Origin: Mobula hypostoma
Lineage: Eukaryota
Length of the DNA stretch: 64,000 nucleotides
NCBI RefSeq assembly: GCF_963921235.1
Contig: NC_086108.1
Location: 91,824,001-91,888,000, forward strand
Reading direction: 5' to 3'
Below are positions 1 through 12,150 of the stretch, piece after piece; position 1 is the stretch's first letter; each line of letters opens with the position of its first letter. The notes under the pieces are model-generated. The model was given only the letters and a program-made list of their open reading frames with translations, searched no databases and was not told the origin of the DNA. A program made the position numbers and the translations under genes.

Positions 1-2330
1 GTGGAGAAAATGATGGAAACTGGGGAGAAAATGGGGGAAATGAAAGGTGAAGTCTTTCACCACATACGGACTAGCAAGGAGGAGGTTTTAGAAGCTGTAA
101 AGTGGACAAATCCTTAGGGCCAGACCTAGTGCATTCTCAGACCTTGTTAAAAGCTAAATAAGAAATGGCAGAGGCCCTTACAGAGCTTTTTGCTCCATAG
201 GTGAGGCTTTGGAAGACTGAAGAGTGGCTAATGTGCTGCCATTGCTTTAAAAGTGTTGCAAAACCAGGCTAGGAAATTACAAGCAGTGAATCTAACATCG
301 ATGGCAGGTAATTTACAGGAGTGGATTCTGCAAGACAGGATTTACCATCAGTTGGAGAGAGAGAATCCAATTCATGACAGTCAGCTTGATATGCACGGGA
401 AGTTGTCTCTGGCAAATCTCTTGGAGTTCTTTGAGGAAGTAACTAAGAAACTAGACAAGGGCAAGGCATTGGATATTGTCAATAAGTACTTTGGAAGGGC
501 CTTTAATTAGGTCTCTCTTGTAGGCTAGAAGGTTAAATTGCATAAGATCCGGGGAGATAGCGGACTGGATTCGTAAGTAGCTTAATAGTGGGAAGCGGAG
601 GATGATGGTTGAGGAGAGCCACTGTGGTCAGTGCTGGTACCTTTGATTCAAGGCATGGTTAGCACATTTGCGGATGTTACTAAAATAGGCGATGTTGTTG
701 ACAGTGTAGAAGGTTATGAAAAATCACAGGGGGATATTGATCAGCTAAGTACGTACGCAGTGAACATACAAACTCCTTACAGACAGTAGTGGGAATTTAA
801 CCTCGATCACTGACACTGTAAAGTGGTATGCTAACCACCACGCTACCATGCCACCTTAGGACCTAAGGTCTAGATCGAGGAATGCAAGTGCATAATTCAC
901 TGAAAGCAGCATCACAAGTAGATGGGATGATGAAGAAGTCATTCCGTATGCTGGTCTTCATCAGTCAAGGTCATGAGTTTAGGCTTTCAGTTCAGATAAA
1001 TGTGAGGTTTGCATTTTGGGATATTAATCCAGGTTAGTACTTGTACAGTGAATGGTAGGGCACTGGGGAGAATTATGGAAACGATAAAATAGAGTAGCTT
1101 TATTTGTCACATCTTTTCGAAACATGCAGTCATAGTCATACTTTATTGATCCCAGGGGAAATTGGTTTTCATTACAGTTGCACCATAAATAATTAAATAG
1201 TAATAAAACCATAAATAGTTAAATAGTAATATGTAAATTATGCCAGGAAATAAGTCCAGGACCAGCCTATTGGCTCAGGGTGTCTGACCCTCCAAGGGAG
1301 GAGTTGTAAAGTTTGATGGCCACAGGCAGGAATAACTTCCTATGACACTCTGTGCTGCATCTCGGTGGAATGAGTCTCTGGCTGAATGTACTCCTGTGTC
1401 CATCCAGTACATTATGTAGTGGATGAGAGACATCATTTGTGATACATAGTGAGATACATCATTTTGGGTCAATGACCAACACAGTCCAAGGATGCGCCGG
1501 AGGCAGCCTACAAGTGTTGCCACGCTTCCAGCACCCACACAGCAAGCCCACAACTTACTAAACCATGTGAGCATCTGGAGGAAACCCATGTGATCAAGGG
1601 GAGAACATACGAACTCCTTACAGACAGTAGTGGGAATTTAACCTCGATCACTGACACTGTAAGTGTTATGCTAACCACTATGCAGGACCTAAGGTCTAGA
1701 TCTAGGAATGCAAGTGCATAATTCACTGAAAGCAGCATCACAAGTAGATGGGATGACGAAGAAGTCACTAGGTACGCTGGTCTTCATCAGTCAAGGTCCT
1801 GAGTTCAGGAGTTAAATTGGAGGTGAGGCCACACTTGACTTATCGTTTACAGTTTTAGTCACCCTGTTAAAAGAAAGATGTTTTTAAACTACAAAGAGTG
1901 CAGAAAAGATTTACCAGGATGTCACCTGAACTTGGTGGCCCGAATCGCAAGGAGAAGCAGCAGAGACCAAGAGTTTATTCCCTGGAATGTTAGAGACTGA
2001 GGGGTGACCTAATAGAGGTATGCAAGATCATGAGGGTGAAAGCACATAATCTTTTCCAAGGGAAGAGGTGCTAAAAACAGGAGAACATAGGTTTAAGATC
2101 AGAGGTGAGATTGAGATTTAAATGGGAATTCAGGCACAATCTCTTCACACAAAGGGCAGTGCGTGTTTGGAACGAACCGCCAGAAATAGTAGATGAGGTG
2201 AGCATATCAGCAATGTTTAAAAACCATCTTGATAGTCCCTATCTGTGTACCTATCAGCAAAATGTAGGCACATGGGCAACATAGTTGGCATGGACGAATT
2301 GTCCAAAGGGAGTTTTTTTCCATGTGGTAG
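1..2330 (+). mobile_element. Degraded CR1-type LINE ORF2 (RT) to 3' end, interrupted by SINE and Rex fragments
   Basis: ORF 253-510 contains a CR1 RT motif (HGKLSLANLLEFFEEVTKKLDKGKALDIV). Downstream pieces at 1810-2330 resemble the CR1 3' ends found elsewhere in the window. Confidence 0.8.
1129..1435 (-). mobile_element. Rex1/Babar LINE 3' end
   Basis: Reverse complement closely matches 59070-59390, including the (TATGAC)n tail. Confidence 0.85.
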
Positions 2331-4109
2331 GACTCAACCTTTCCTTCAAGTGCATGGTTCTGAGGAAGTGTCCCTGGTCCAAAACATTAAATGAATTCTC
2401 TTTGCACAGATGATACCTGGCTGGCTGAATTTTCCAGAATTTTCAGCCCTTGTTTACCAATCCCTGTTTGTAATTCTTTGCATACCCCACAGCGCAACGC
2501 AACCTGGAAATTTTTTTAAACATGACGTGAAACGGTGCAGCTTTTTTGCATGTCAGTATTGAATTAAAAACTTACTGAAGCCTAATGCCTAACCACAGGA
2601 CCCAATCTATCACACAGTCTATTTCCACTAGTCCAAATGCACAAAAAGAGATTAAAATGGCACATCACATGGTTGCAAACAAAGCAACACAAATCCAAAG
2701 GACATAAACTGAAAATGAAACGAGAAGAAGCAGAAGAAATTTGGATACATGCTTCTTGTAGAGTTGGTTAAAACACTGAATCCTATAACTATACTGATCC
2801 TTTAAACAGCATGACATTATAAGTCAGGGAGGTGCCAATCAAAGAGAGCTTAAAGCCTGTCAGTAATTTATATTGCCATTCCTCAGCTTTCATTCCCACA
2901 TGAACACCACAACAAGAAAATCAATTTTTATGCTGGGATCTGAACAAAGTCTATCATTTGCTGTGGTTTACTCTGCCACAATTGTGTTAGGTCATCATGA
3001 GAACTAAAATATTTCAGCACACACCTAATAGCATAAATAATTCTTGCTGCTTGACCCACTGCAATTCCTGCTTTAACATAAGCTGAAAGCAAAGTAAAAC
3101 ATTCTTATTCCTTCTTTCCTATTTTTATTTTTGAAATTGGTGTGATATATAGTTTACTTAGTTTCTCAAATAACATGTAGAAAATTCCATTAGAATTTAA
3201 AATAATATTACCTTTTGCAGCTTGTGTTCCAGTCTCTTAAGAGCAATTTGTAACACCCTACTGGTGATCTTTCTTTCTGAGCAATCCTCCATGTATTCTG
3301 TTAAGCAGGTTCTTACTTAGAGTAAGTACCCAGCCCCAGCAGCTGATTCATAATATTTATGTACATTAAAGGTTCTTAAAGTGAAGACCACATTGGTATT
3401 TACAAAGCATTCAATCTATCAAGTACACAGAGAATTGAACATAGGACATCACTGCAGAGTACAAGCCCTTCAGCATGCTACGCTATGCAGAGCTTTTAAC
3501 TTACTCTAAGATAAAGGTAACCAATCCCTCCCACATAACTCTCTGTTTCTCTATCAGTCATGTGCCTATCTAAGGCTTTTTAAATGTACCTAATGTATAT
3601 CCATCTACCACCCACCTCTGGCAGCACTTACCCACCATGCTTTGTGTAAAAGCTGACTACAGCCAGCACTCTATTATGAAGGCTTCCATATGTGGAAAAC
3701 TATCTGAATTGCGATTTTCCATACATCACAGCCTCTTTTCCCAGTGAAGCCTACATTTTACATGGAGCTGTGCTCCTGCAGGATGTTTTTCCCTCATCTT
3801 ATCAGCAATAATAAAGTGAATCACTGGGCCTTTATTTCACAGCTGAGGTCAACGTTAGATGGACAAGGTTCACAGACTAGGAATGGGTTTAGGAAGTGGG
3901 AATATCAGGGAAAGGAATAGGATTCAAGGAATGGGGTTCACAGGAGAAAGGTCAAGTAGGAGTTCAGGAGAGTAATGGGTGAAAGCACAGTGACTTAGTG
4001 GAGGGATTACTTTAAGGAGCCAACCCACTGAGCCTATCCTGATCATCATCCACTAATCCTACACTAATACTTTTTTTAAGAACTTACCCCACTAGTAAGT
4101 GTTACCCTA

Positions 4110-4680
4110 TGAAGCAAGTTGCAGAAAGTTGTAAAATTAGTCAGCTCCATCATAGGTACTAGCTTCTGTAGTACAAGACCAGAAGATATAGGCATAGGAA
4201 TAGGCCATTTGGCCCATCAAGTCTGCTCCGCCATTTCACCATGGCTGATCCAATTCCTCTCTCAGCCCCAATCTCTTGCCTTCTCCTTGTACCTCTTCAT
4301 GCCCCAGGTCTCTTCAAGACATCTTCGATGAATGGTGCCTCAGGAATGTTGGATCCGTCGTTAAGGACCTCCACCACCCAGGACATTCCCTCTTCACGCT
4401 GTTACCACCAGAAGACACAAATTCAGCAATTCAGAAACAGCTTCTACCCCTCTGCCATCTGATTTCTAGACGGGCGTTGAACCCATGAGCCCTACCTCAC
4501 CACTTTCTTTATTTTTATTTCTGTCTTTGCGCTACTTATTTTAACTATTTAATATGCTTACATACACCAACGTAATTCAGTTTTTTTCCCCATATTTACC
4601 ATGTACTTCATTGTACCACAAAGTTAACAAATTTCACCACATATGCCAGAGATATTAAACCTGATTGTCATTCTGATTCT
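4110..4680 (+). mobile_element. Rex1/Babar 3' fragment with a CR1 tail inserted (about 4175-4310)
   Basis: Encodes KDLHHPGHSLFTLLP...FRNSFYPSAI, the recurrent Rex C-terminus. Confidence 0.7.
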
Positions 4681-6379
4681 CAGTTTGAGAGTGATTAATT
4701 GGCCTCAGTTGGAAACTCGCACACTTAGAGTGAAAATGCACAAACGCCACACAGGCAGCACCCAAGATCATGAGTAAAGCTGAGGAGCGGGGCTGCTGGG
4801 AGACAGATACTTGAGCCACCGTGCCATCCAATTTGTAGTTAGGTTCATCACGGACTTCCGCAGTGAGGCGCACAATAGCACTGTTATGCAAAATATTTTG
4901 TAGGCCAAGTACAAGAATTTAAGTATATATGGTTATGAAATTTCATCTCTTCATCTTGAATTCATTCCTCAGTAAATACCAAACACAATCATTTTACACC
5001 ATAATGTCTCTGTGATGTTGTTCCATTTTTGATAACACAAAGAGAGGCTGCACTGTTGGCCACAAGGGCCTTTAACAGACAGTTCAACCTGATGTTAGGC
5101 CAGAGAATAGGGAGATCGGTCCTCTCAAACTGGCTAATCTAAAAGCAGGGTTGAGAGGAAGTTTTATTCCCCGCAGTCATCATAATCTTTTGAGTTTCTG
5201 CCCGTACATGAACAGCCGAGAGAAAATGCTTTCGTTTAGACTGGCTTTATTTAGAGATTCCTTCTTCCATTTACTGGATTAGTTAGACAGCTGCTTCTCC
5301 ATCCAAGTTACTTGAGGCTGCGGTCTGAGACTAATGAGCTGGCTCCAAATTCCTGGAGCTTGATATTATTCATTTCTAAAATATTTATATACTTTTCTGT
5401 AGCTTTTGATTTCATTTGAGCAATATAAATAGCCATTGAAATTTAGGCAAGTACGACATTTTTAATTTTAAACTAACGAAAAGCATCAGGGTAGAATAAT
5501 ACTTATTTTTTGATAATCTTTATATCTTCTTATGACATATAAGAGGACATTTGGCCCATCAAACATATGTCAGCTCTTGAATATCCCCATCAATCCTATT
5601 CCTTCACTTACTTCCCTGTAGCTTATTTTCCCTCACAAGCCCCTCGACTGCTCTTTGATTGTTCAGTCATCCACCCACATGATGGACAATTTTACAGAAA
5701 CCAGTTAACATACCAGCAAAACACCAGACTGTGGGAGATGCACTTGGAGAAGACACACACATCATGGAGGTAATGTGCTAAATCCATGCAGGTAGTGCCC
5801 AAAGTCAGGGAAGAACCTGGATCGCTGACTACCTGCCACACTGGTACATGATATTGCTCCGGTGTAGAAAAAAAGTCAATGCAGAATTCATTCTGATGCT
5901 GTAAGGGTGTTTTCAAAGCCCCATTAAAGGTCACTGTAAAAACTCAGAAATATAACCTTAGAGCAGGAAAAATATGCTTATATTTTATTGCATCTAAATT
6001 TTTAGGTCTAAATTTACAGATAATCCAGAATATGTAATTTCCAGAAACATTCTCTTAGCCTTTAGTTTTGGGAGAGTGAGGTGTAGGGTGGGGGGGGGGG
6101 TGGTTGTTGCATTTCTTATATTATGTTATAGCATCCACTTTAAAAAGATCAAGTTTCCCTTTTAACAGGTTGGGGCATATGTAACAGATAGAATGAGGCA
6201 CTAAAGAAGCAACCATGTCTCCTTTCATCTCCTTCTTAAGCGTGTGTGTGCTTAGTTGCTCATGTAGGAGTTAGCATGCAGGGCTGACGGTGCACAACTA
6301 CAGTACTCAGCAATGAAACGTCTGCAACAACAAATGGCAGTGTGGTGAAAAATCTGGCATTGCACCGATGTCCAGGAAA

Positions 6380-7670
6380 GGAAAATCCAACTAAAAATAA
6401 TGGATACGGCCCAGTCCATCACAGGAAAAGCCCTTCCCACCATTGAGCGCATCTACAAGCAGCACTGCCACAAGAAAGCAGCATCCGTCATCAAGGCCCC
6501 CTACCATCCAGACCACATTCTCTTCTCTCAGCTGCCATTGGGAAGGAGGTACAGGAGCCTTAGGCCCCACAGCTTCAGCTTTAGGATCAATTATTACCCT
6601 ACAACCATCAGGGCACTGAACCAGCTTGGGTAACTGCACTCAGCTCAACACTAAACTGATTCAACAGCCTATAGACTCACTTTCAAGGACTCTACAACTC
6701 ATTTTCAGTATTATTTATCATTATATTTGCAAATTGATTGTCAGTCTTTGTGTGTAGTTTTTTATTGATTCTATTTGCCCTACTGTGAAGGCCTGCAAGA
6801 AAACAAATGTCAGGGTAGAATACAGTGACATGTACATACTTTGATAATACATTAACTTTGAACTTCGATTGTTCTGAAATGTGAACATACTTGTTAAGGA
6901 TGGAGTAAGTTAGCTTACTCCTCAGTGCCTCTTCTTTCCGTTGAGTGATATCAGTATGCTTTTACTGGTACCTGAGTCTGCCAGCTGAGAGATGAGTTAG
7001 ATTGGATGGTGCGTTGAGTATTGTCTGAACACACCACATGAAAATCTCGTACTAAGACCAAGGAATTGATTATAGACTTCAGGAAGGAGAAGTGGGGAGA
7101 AAACGAACCAATCCTCAGAGGGATGAGAGGTGGAAAGTGTGAGCAGCTTTAAGTTCCTGGGCATCAATATCTTGGAAGATTTGTCCTAGGCCCAATAAAT
7201 AAATGCAATCATAAAAAAGGCATGCCGGGCCTCAACTTAATTAAGTGCTTAACGAGATTCAGTTTATCACTGAAGTCTCTTGCAAATTTCTATAGCTGTC
7301 TGGTGGAGAGCATTTATTTTATGGCACAACTCGCTCCACCTTCAAGAGGCCGCAACTCAAGAAGGTGGCATCCATCATTAAGGACCCTTATAATCCAGGA
7401 CATGGCCTCTTCTCATTACTACCACCAGGGATGATATCCAGGAGCCTGAAGTTGCAGACTCAACGATTCAGGAACAACTTCTCCCCCTCCACCATCAGAT
7501 TCCTGAACAGTCCGTGGATCCGTGAACAGTATCTCATTATTCCATTGATGGATTATTTATTTATTTTGCAATTTATTGGAGTTTTATTTCTTCACCATGT
7601 ACAGTTGCACAAATCAACAAATTTCATGTTATATAAAACATGGAATAGAAACCTGATATTGATTCTGTAT
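6380..7670 (+). mobile_element. Two adjacent Rex1/Babar 3' fragments
   Basis: ORFs 6400-6633 and 7365-7685 encode KAASVIKAPYHPDHILFSQLPLGRRYRSL and SIIKDPYNPGHGLFSLLPPG...FRNNFSPSTIR. Confidence 0.75.
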
Positions 7671-7768
7671 CTGTCTAAAGTGTAAGGTTTGACCAAAATA
7701 CAGTTTTCAACAGGGCCCACGTTTCAACAAAACAGGTTACCTTATCAGAAGTTAAGCAGCTTAACATA

Positions 7769-7979
7769 GACAGGTCCTCCCCAGTTTACAAGTGTCTGAC
7801 TTATGGACAGCCCATACATGCGAGCAAGTGCTTGCGAGACAGGCAAGATGGATTTGCCAACTACTGAGGGATACCAGGCATCTTCTACTGTGTAGGAACA
7901 CAGTTTGAAGTAGCATCTGACTTGTGAAATGTTCAAGTTACAGGAATCAGACCCTGCAATAACCTGGGGAAGATCTGTA
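7769..7979. mobile_element. Small Tc1/mariner-pogo (Tigger-like) MITE
   Basis: Imperfect terminal inverted repeats (CAGGTCCTCCCCAGTTTAC and ATAACCTGGGGAAGATCTG); TA follows the right end. Confidence 0.5.
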
Positions 7980-8329
7980 TGTACAGTTCAACCTCGTGGC
8001 TTTTAAAGTTGCTGGCCTGAGCAGTTTCTGCAGGTACAGTAGATGCCAATGCTTACTTGTACAACAATAGATTGTTTTTACAAAGATCTGCGTAGCAACC
8101 TAGGATGTGATTCATTGGTTGGATTAAAATAATAGATAAGGTTATGGGACTCACACAATAAAGAATGAGATCACTTTTGTTAGTTGTATTCCATTCTATT
8201 TTATCAGTGAGAATGCCTCTGAGCTTTTCTTTACACTTTTAGTTGCAGACATGTTGCTCACTAATTCCGTTGCCATGGTAACTTTTATAGCTGGACAGTG
8301 AGATTCCTTTGCAAAGCTTGCTTAAACAC

Positions 8330-9000
8330 AATTCATAGAGTCCTAGAACAGTACAGCATAGAAACAGGCCCTTTGGCCCATCTAGACCATGCTGAACCAT
8401 TAATCTGCCTAGTTCCATCACCCTGCACCTAGACCCTAGTACTCCAAACCCCACCCATCCATGTGCCTATCAATATTTCTCTTGAATGTTGAAACCGAAC
8501 CCACATCCACCACTTGCACAGGCAAAAATCAATTTAAAATCTCCCCCACCGCTTTCAGTTTCACAGTCTCATCACACTCAGAGTGAAAAAGCTCCCCCTC
8601 ATATTCCCCTTAAGCATTTCACCTTTCACCCTTAACTCATGACCTCTACGTGTAGTCTAACCTAACCACAGTGGAAAAAGTCTGCTTGCAATTATATCCC
8701 TCATAATTTTGTATACCTCTATCAAATTTCCCCTCCCACTCTATGTTCCAATGAATAAAGTCTTGACCTATTTAAACTTTCCCTTCAACTCTATTCCTGG
8801 CAATATCCTTGTAAGTTTTCTCTGCACTCTTTCAATCTTATTTACATCTTTCCTGTAGGTAGGTGACCAAAGCTGCACACAATGCTCTAAATTAGGCCTC
8901 ACCAACATCTTAGACAGTACAATTTTGACCTAACATCCCAACTCCTGTACTCAATACACCAAATTATGAGGGTAACATGCCTAAAGCTTTATTTCTGAAC
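8330..9000 (-). mobile_element. CR1 LINE 3' fragment
   Basis: Reverse complement of the CR1 ORF2 C-terminus and 3' tail seen at 41260-41860. Confidence 0.75.
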
Positions 9001-9393
9001 CTACGTCCATCTCCCGAGTAAATACTCTCCCATTTAAAGTCTCTCCCATCTCTTTCAGTTCTGCACATAGATCTCCCAGAGGATCAATTTACTATCCTTT
9101 CTATCCTTTTCCTCTTAATATATCTGTGGAAGTCCACTAGAGCAACTTATGTCTTCTTTAAGTGCTACTGATTCTCTTCTCAAGTGTTCCCTTGCATTTC
9201 TTATGCTCCTCAGGTACTTCAGTTGTTACTACTTGCCTATACCAGAATACACCCCCTCCATTTTCTTAGCAGTGCCTCAATTCAAAGAAATGAACATGAA
9301 ATTGCTATATAAGGATTATGATCCCACTTACACAAGCTACATATCTTCTGCACTGACATGTATAGTACAAATATATATTACAAATGAACATAT

Positions 9394-9634
9394 TGTAGCC
9401 AGCACTCAGTTCATACTGGCAGACAAGAAGATCTCGTTTATCTCAACTGCCATTTTTATTGCAACAAGCACAATAACAGACAGAGCGCAACAACAGCTCA
9501 GTGAGAGCTACAGTAACTCAGTCACATAGAGATGGGGAGGGTGGTTATTACACACCTAAAAACAAGAACAATATGTAGTGTTGGCCGCTAGAAATGGTGG
9601 AGCGAGCAGTTGACCATGTTCCTAGAGCGCCACA
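9394..9634 (-). repeat. 3' LTR of the Gypsy element
   Basis: TGT...ACA ends. Shares blocks with 17484-17805 (CCATTTTTATTGCAACAAGCACAATAACAG, TATTACACACCT, TGGCCGCTA). Purine tract TGGGGGCAG lies immediately upstream on the minus strand (9635-9643). Confidence 0.75.
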
Positions 9635-11172
9635 CTGCCCCCACGTGAGGGATCAACCATCTGGGGAACCCAGAGTCCACAACAAATTCCGAAAGTCCCA
9701 GTGGTGGTCGATGTCGCTGCCTGGGGCACTGGGCAAGGGGGTGTCTGTACCCCTATCCCCCAGGGAGGCACTGTTTGGTGAGGCAACAGGCAATGCACTC
9801 TGAGTGTCACTTTCCTCCCTCAGCCTCAGTGGGTCAGAGGTGCCAGACGGTACAAGTGCAGCACGACTGCCTCCTGTGTGCAGGCAGCCATACCTGGTAC
9901 AGTATACCACGTCAGAGATGCAGGGAAGCACTTCTCCCGGCTCCTTCCAGTGGCGTCCCAAACTTGGGAGGTAGTTTCCTCTTCCAGGTGGGGCAGCAAA
10001 TCCATACTCCTCAGTAAAGTCCTGTATCTGGCTGCGGGCATCATCAGCGCGTTTTTTTGGCAGCTGCTAGCTGCTCTTTGGTTCTGCCGAGCCACAACAT
10101 AAACAGCCCGCAGGCGCCCCCTGATGTGCTGCTGTTACTCCAACCCGGCCTCCCCAGGAATCTCTGTCTCTGGAGGGGGGACAAACACCGGATCAACCAG
10201 CGTGCGCAGCGCTGGCCTGAACATGAGTTGCAACTGGGAGCTGAAAGTCCAAGGTTACACATTGTATCGGAGGGACAGTAAGGTAGGCAGAGGGGTCAGC
10301 ATGGCTCTGCTGGTTAAGAATGGCATGACATTATTAGAAAGATGTGGCGTAGGATTGGAAGATGTTGAATCCTTGTGGGTTGAATTAAGAAACTGCAAAA
10401 GGGTAAAAGGACATCGATGGCAGTTATATACAGGCTTCCAAACAATAGCTGGGATGTAGACTACAGATTACAATGGGAAACAGAAAAGGCCTGTCAATAG
10501 GGAAATGTTACGATGGTCATGGAAGATTTTAACATGCAGGTGGGTTGGGAAAATCAGGTTGGTAATGGATCTCAAGAAAGTGAATTTGTTGAATGCCTAC
10601 AAGATGGCTTTTTAGAGCAGTTTGTTGTTAAGCCTTACTCGGGGATCAGCTATACTGGATTGGGTGTTATGTAATGAACTGGAGGCAATTGGGGAGCTTA
10701 AGGTAAAGGAAACCTTAGGAGACAGTGATCACAATATAATTGAGTACAACTTGAAATCTGATAGGGAGAAAGTAAAGCAACACACATCAAAGTTGCTGGT
10801 GAAATGCAGCAGGCCAGGCAGCATCTCTAGGAAGAGGTACAGTCAAAGTTTCGGGCCAAGACCCTTCGTCAGGACTAACTGAATGAAGAGCTAGTAAGAG
10901 ATCTGAAAGTAGGAGGGGGAGGGGGAGATCCAAAATGATAGAAGACGGGAGGGGGAGGGATGGAGCCAAGAGCTGGACAGGTGATTGGCAAAAGGGATAT
11001 GAGAGGATCATGGGACAGGAGGCCCAGGGAGAAAGAAAAGAGGAAGAGGGGGAAAAAACCCAGAGGATAGGCAAGGGGTATAGTCAGAGGGACAGAGGGA
11101 GAAAAAGGAGAGAGAGATAAAGAAAGTGTATATAAATAAATAACGGATGGGGAACGAGGGTGAGGTGGGGCA

Positions 11173-11499
11173 TTAGCGGAAGTCAGAGAAGTCAATGTTC
11201 ATGCCATCAGGCTGGAGGCTACCCAGACGGAATATAAGGTGTTGTTCCTCCAACCCGAGTGTGGCTTTATCTTTACAGTAGAGGAGGCCTTGGATAGACA
11301 TATCAGAATGGGAATGGGACGTGGAATTAAAATGTGTGGCCACTGGGAGATCCTGATTTCTCTGGCAGACAGAGCGTAGGTGTTCAGCGAAATGATCTCC
11401 CAGTCTGCGTCGGGTCTCGCCAATATATAGAAGGCCACATCGGGAGCGCCGGACGCAATGTATCACCCCAGCCGACTCACAGGTGAAGTGTTGCCTCAC
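11173..11499 (-). CDS. GIY-YIG endonuclease domain (C-terminal part of a Penelope ORF, 5'-truncated)
   Basis: FTCESAGVIHCVRRSRCGLLYIGETRRRLGDHFAEH...VATHFNSTSH...EQHLIFRLGSLQPDGMNIDF matches the PLE GIY-YIG pattern. Confidence 0.85.
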   Translation of the reverse strand: MRQHFTCESAGVIHCVRRSRCGLLYIGETRRRLGDHFAEHLRSVCQRNQDLPVATHFNSTSHSHSDMSIQGLLYCKDKATLGLEEQHLIFRLGSLQPDGMNIDFSDFR

Positions 11500-12110
11500 C
11501 TGGAAGGACTGTCTGGGGCCCTGAATGGTGGTAAGGGAGGAAGTGTAAGGGCATGTGTAGCACTTGTTCTGCTTACAAGGATAAGTGCCAGGAGGGAGAT
11601 CGATGGGGAGGGATGGGGAGGATGAATGGACAAAGGAGTCGCGTAGGGAGCGATTCCTGTGGAAAGCAGGGGGGGGAGAGAGGGAAAGATGTGCTTAGTG
11701 GTGGGATCATGTTGGAGGTGGCGGAAGTTACGGAGAATAATATGTTGGACCCGGAGGCTGGTGAGATGGTAGGTGAGGACAAGGGGAACCCTATTCCTAG
11801 TGGGGTGGCGGGCACCTCCCCCTCGTACCCCATCAGTGATCTATTTACGTACACACATTCTTTCTCTCTCTCTCTCTCTCCTTTTTAACCCTCTGTCCCT
11901 CTCACTATACCCCTTGCCCCTCCTCTGGGTTTTTCCCCCCCTCCCCCTTTTCTTTCTCCCTGGGCCTCCTGTCCCATGATCCTCTCATATCCCTTTTGCC
12001 AATCACCTGTCCAGCTCTTGGCTCCATCCCTCCCCCTCCTGTCTTCTCCTATCATTTTTGATCTCCCCCTCCCCCTCCCACTTTCAAATCCCTTACTAGC
12101 TCTTCTTTCA

Positions 12111-12150
12111 GTTGGTCCTGATGAAGGGTCTCAGCTTGAAACGTCGACTG
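12111..12150 (+). ncRNA. Minimal type I hammerhead ribozyme motif in the Penelope pseudo-LTR
   Basis: GGTC-CTGATGA-A-GGGT CTCA GCTT-GAAA-C-GTC-GACT: core boxes, stem II, GUC cleavage triplet, and stem I GGTC/GACT. Confidence 0.75.
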
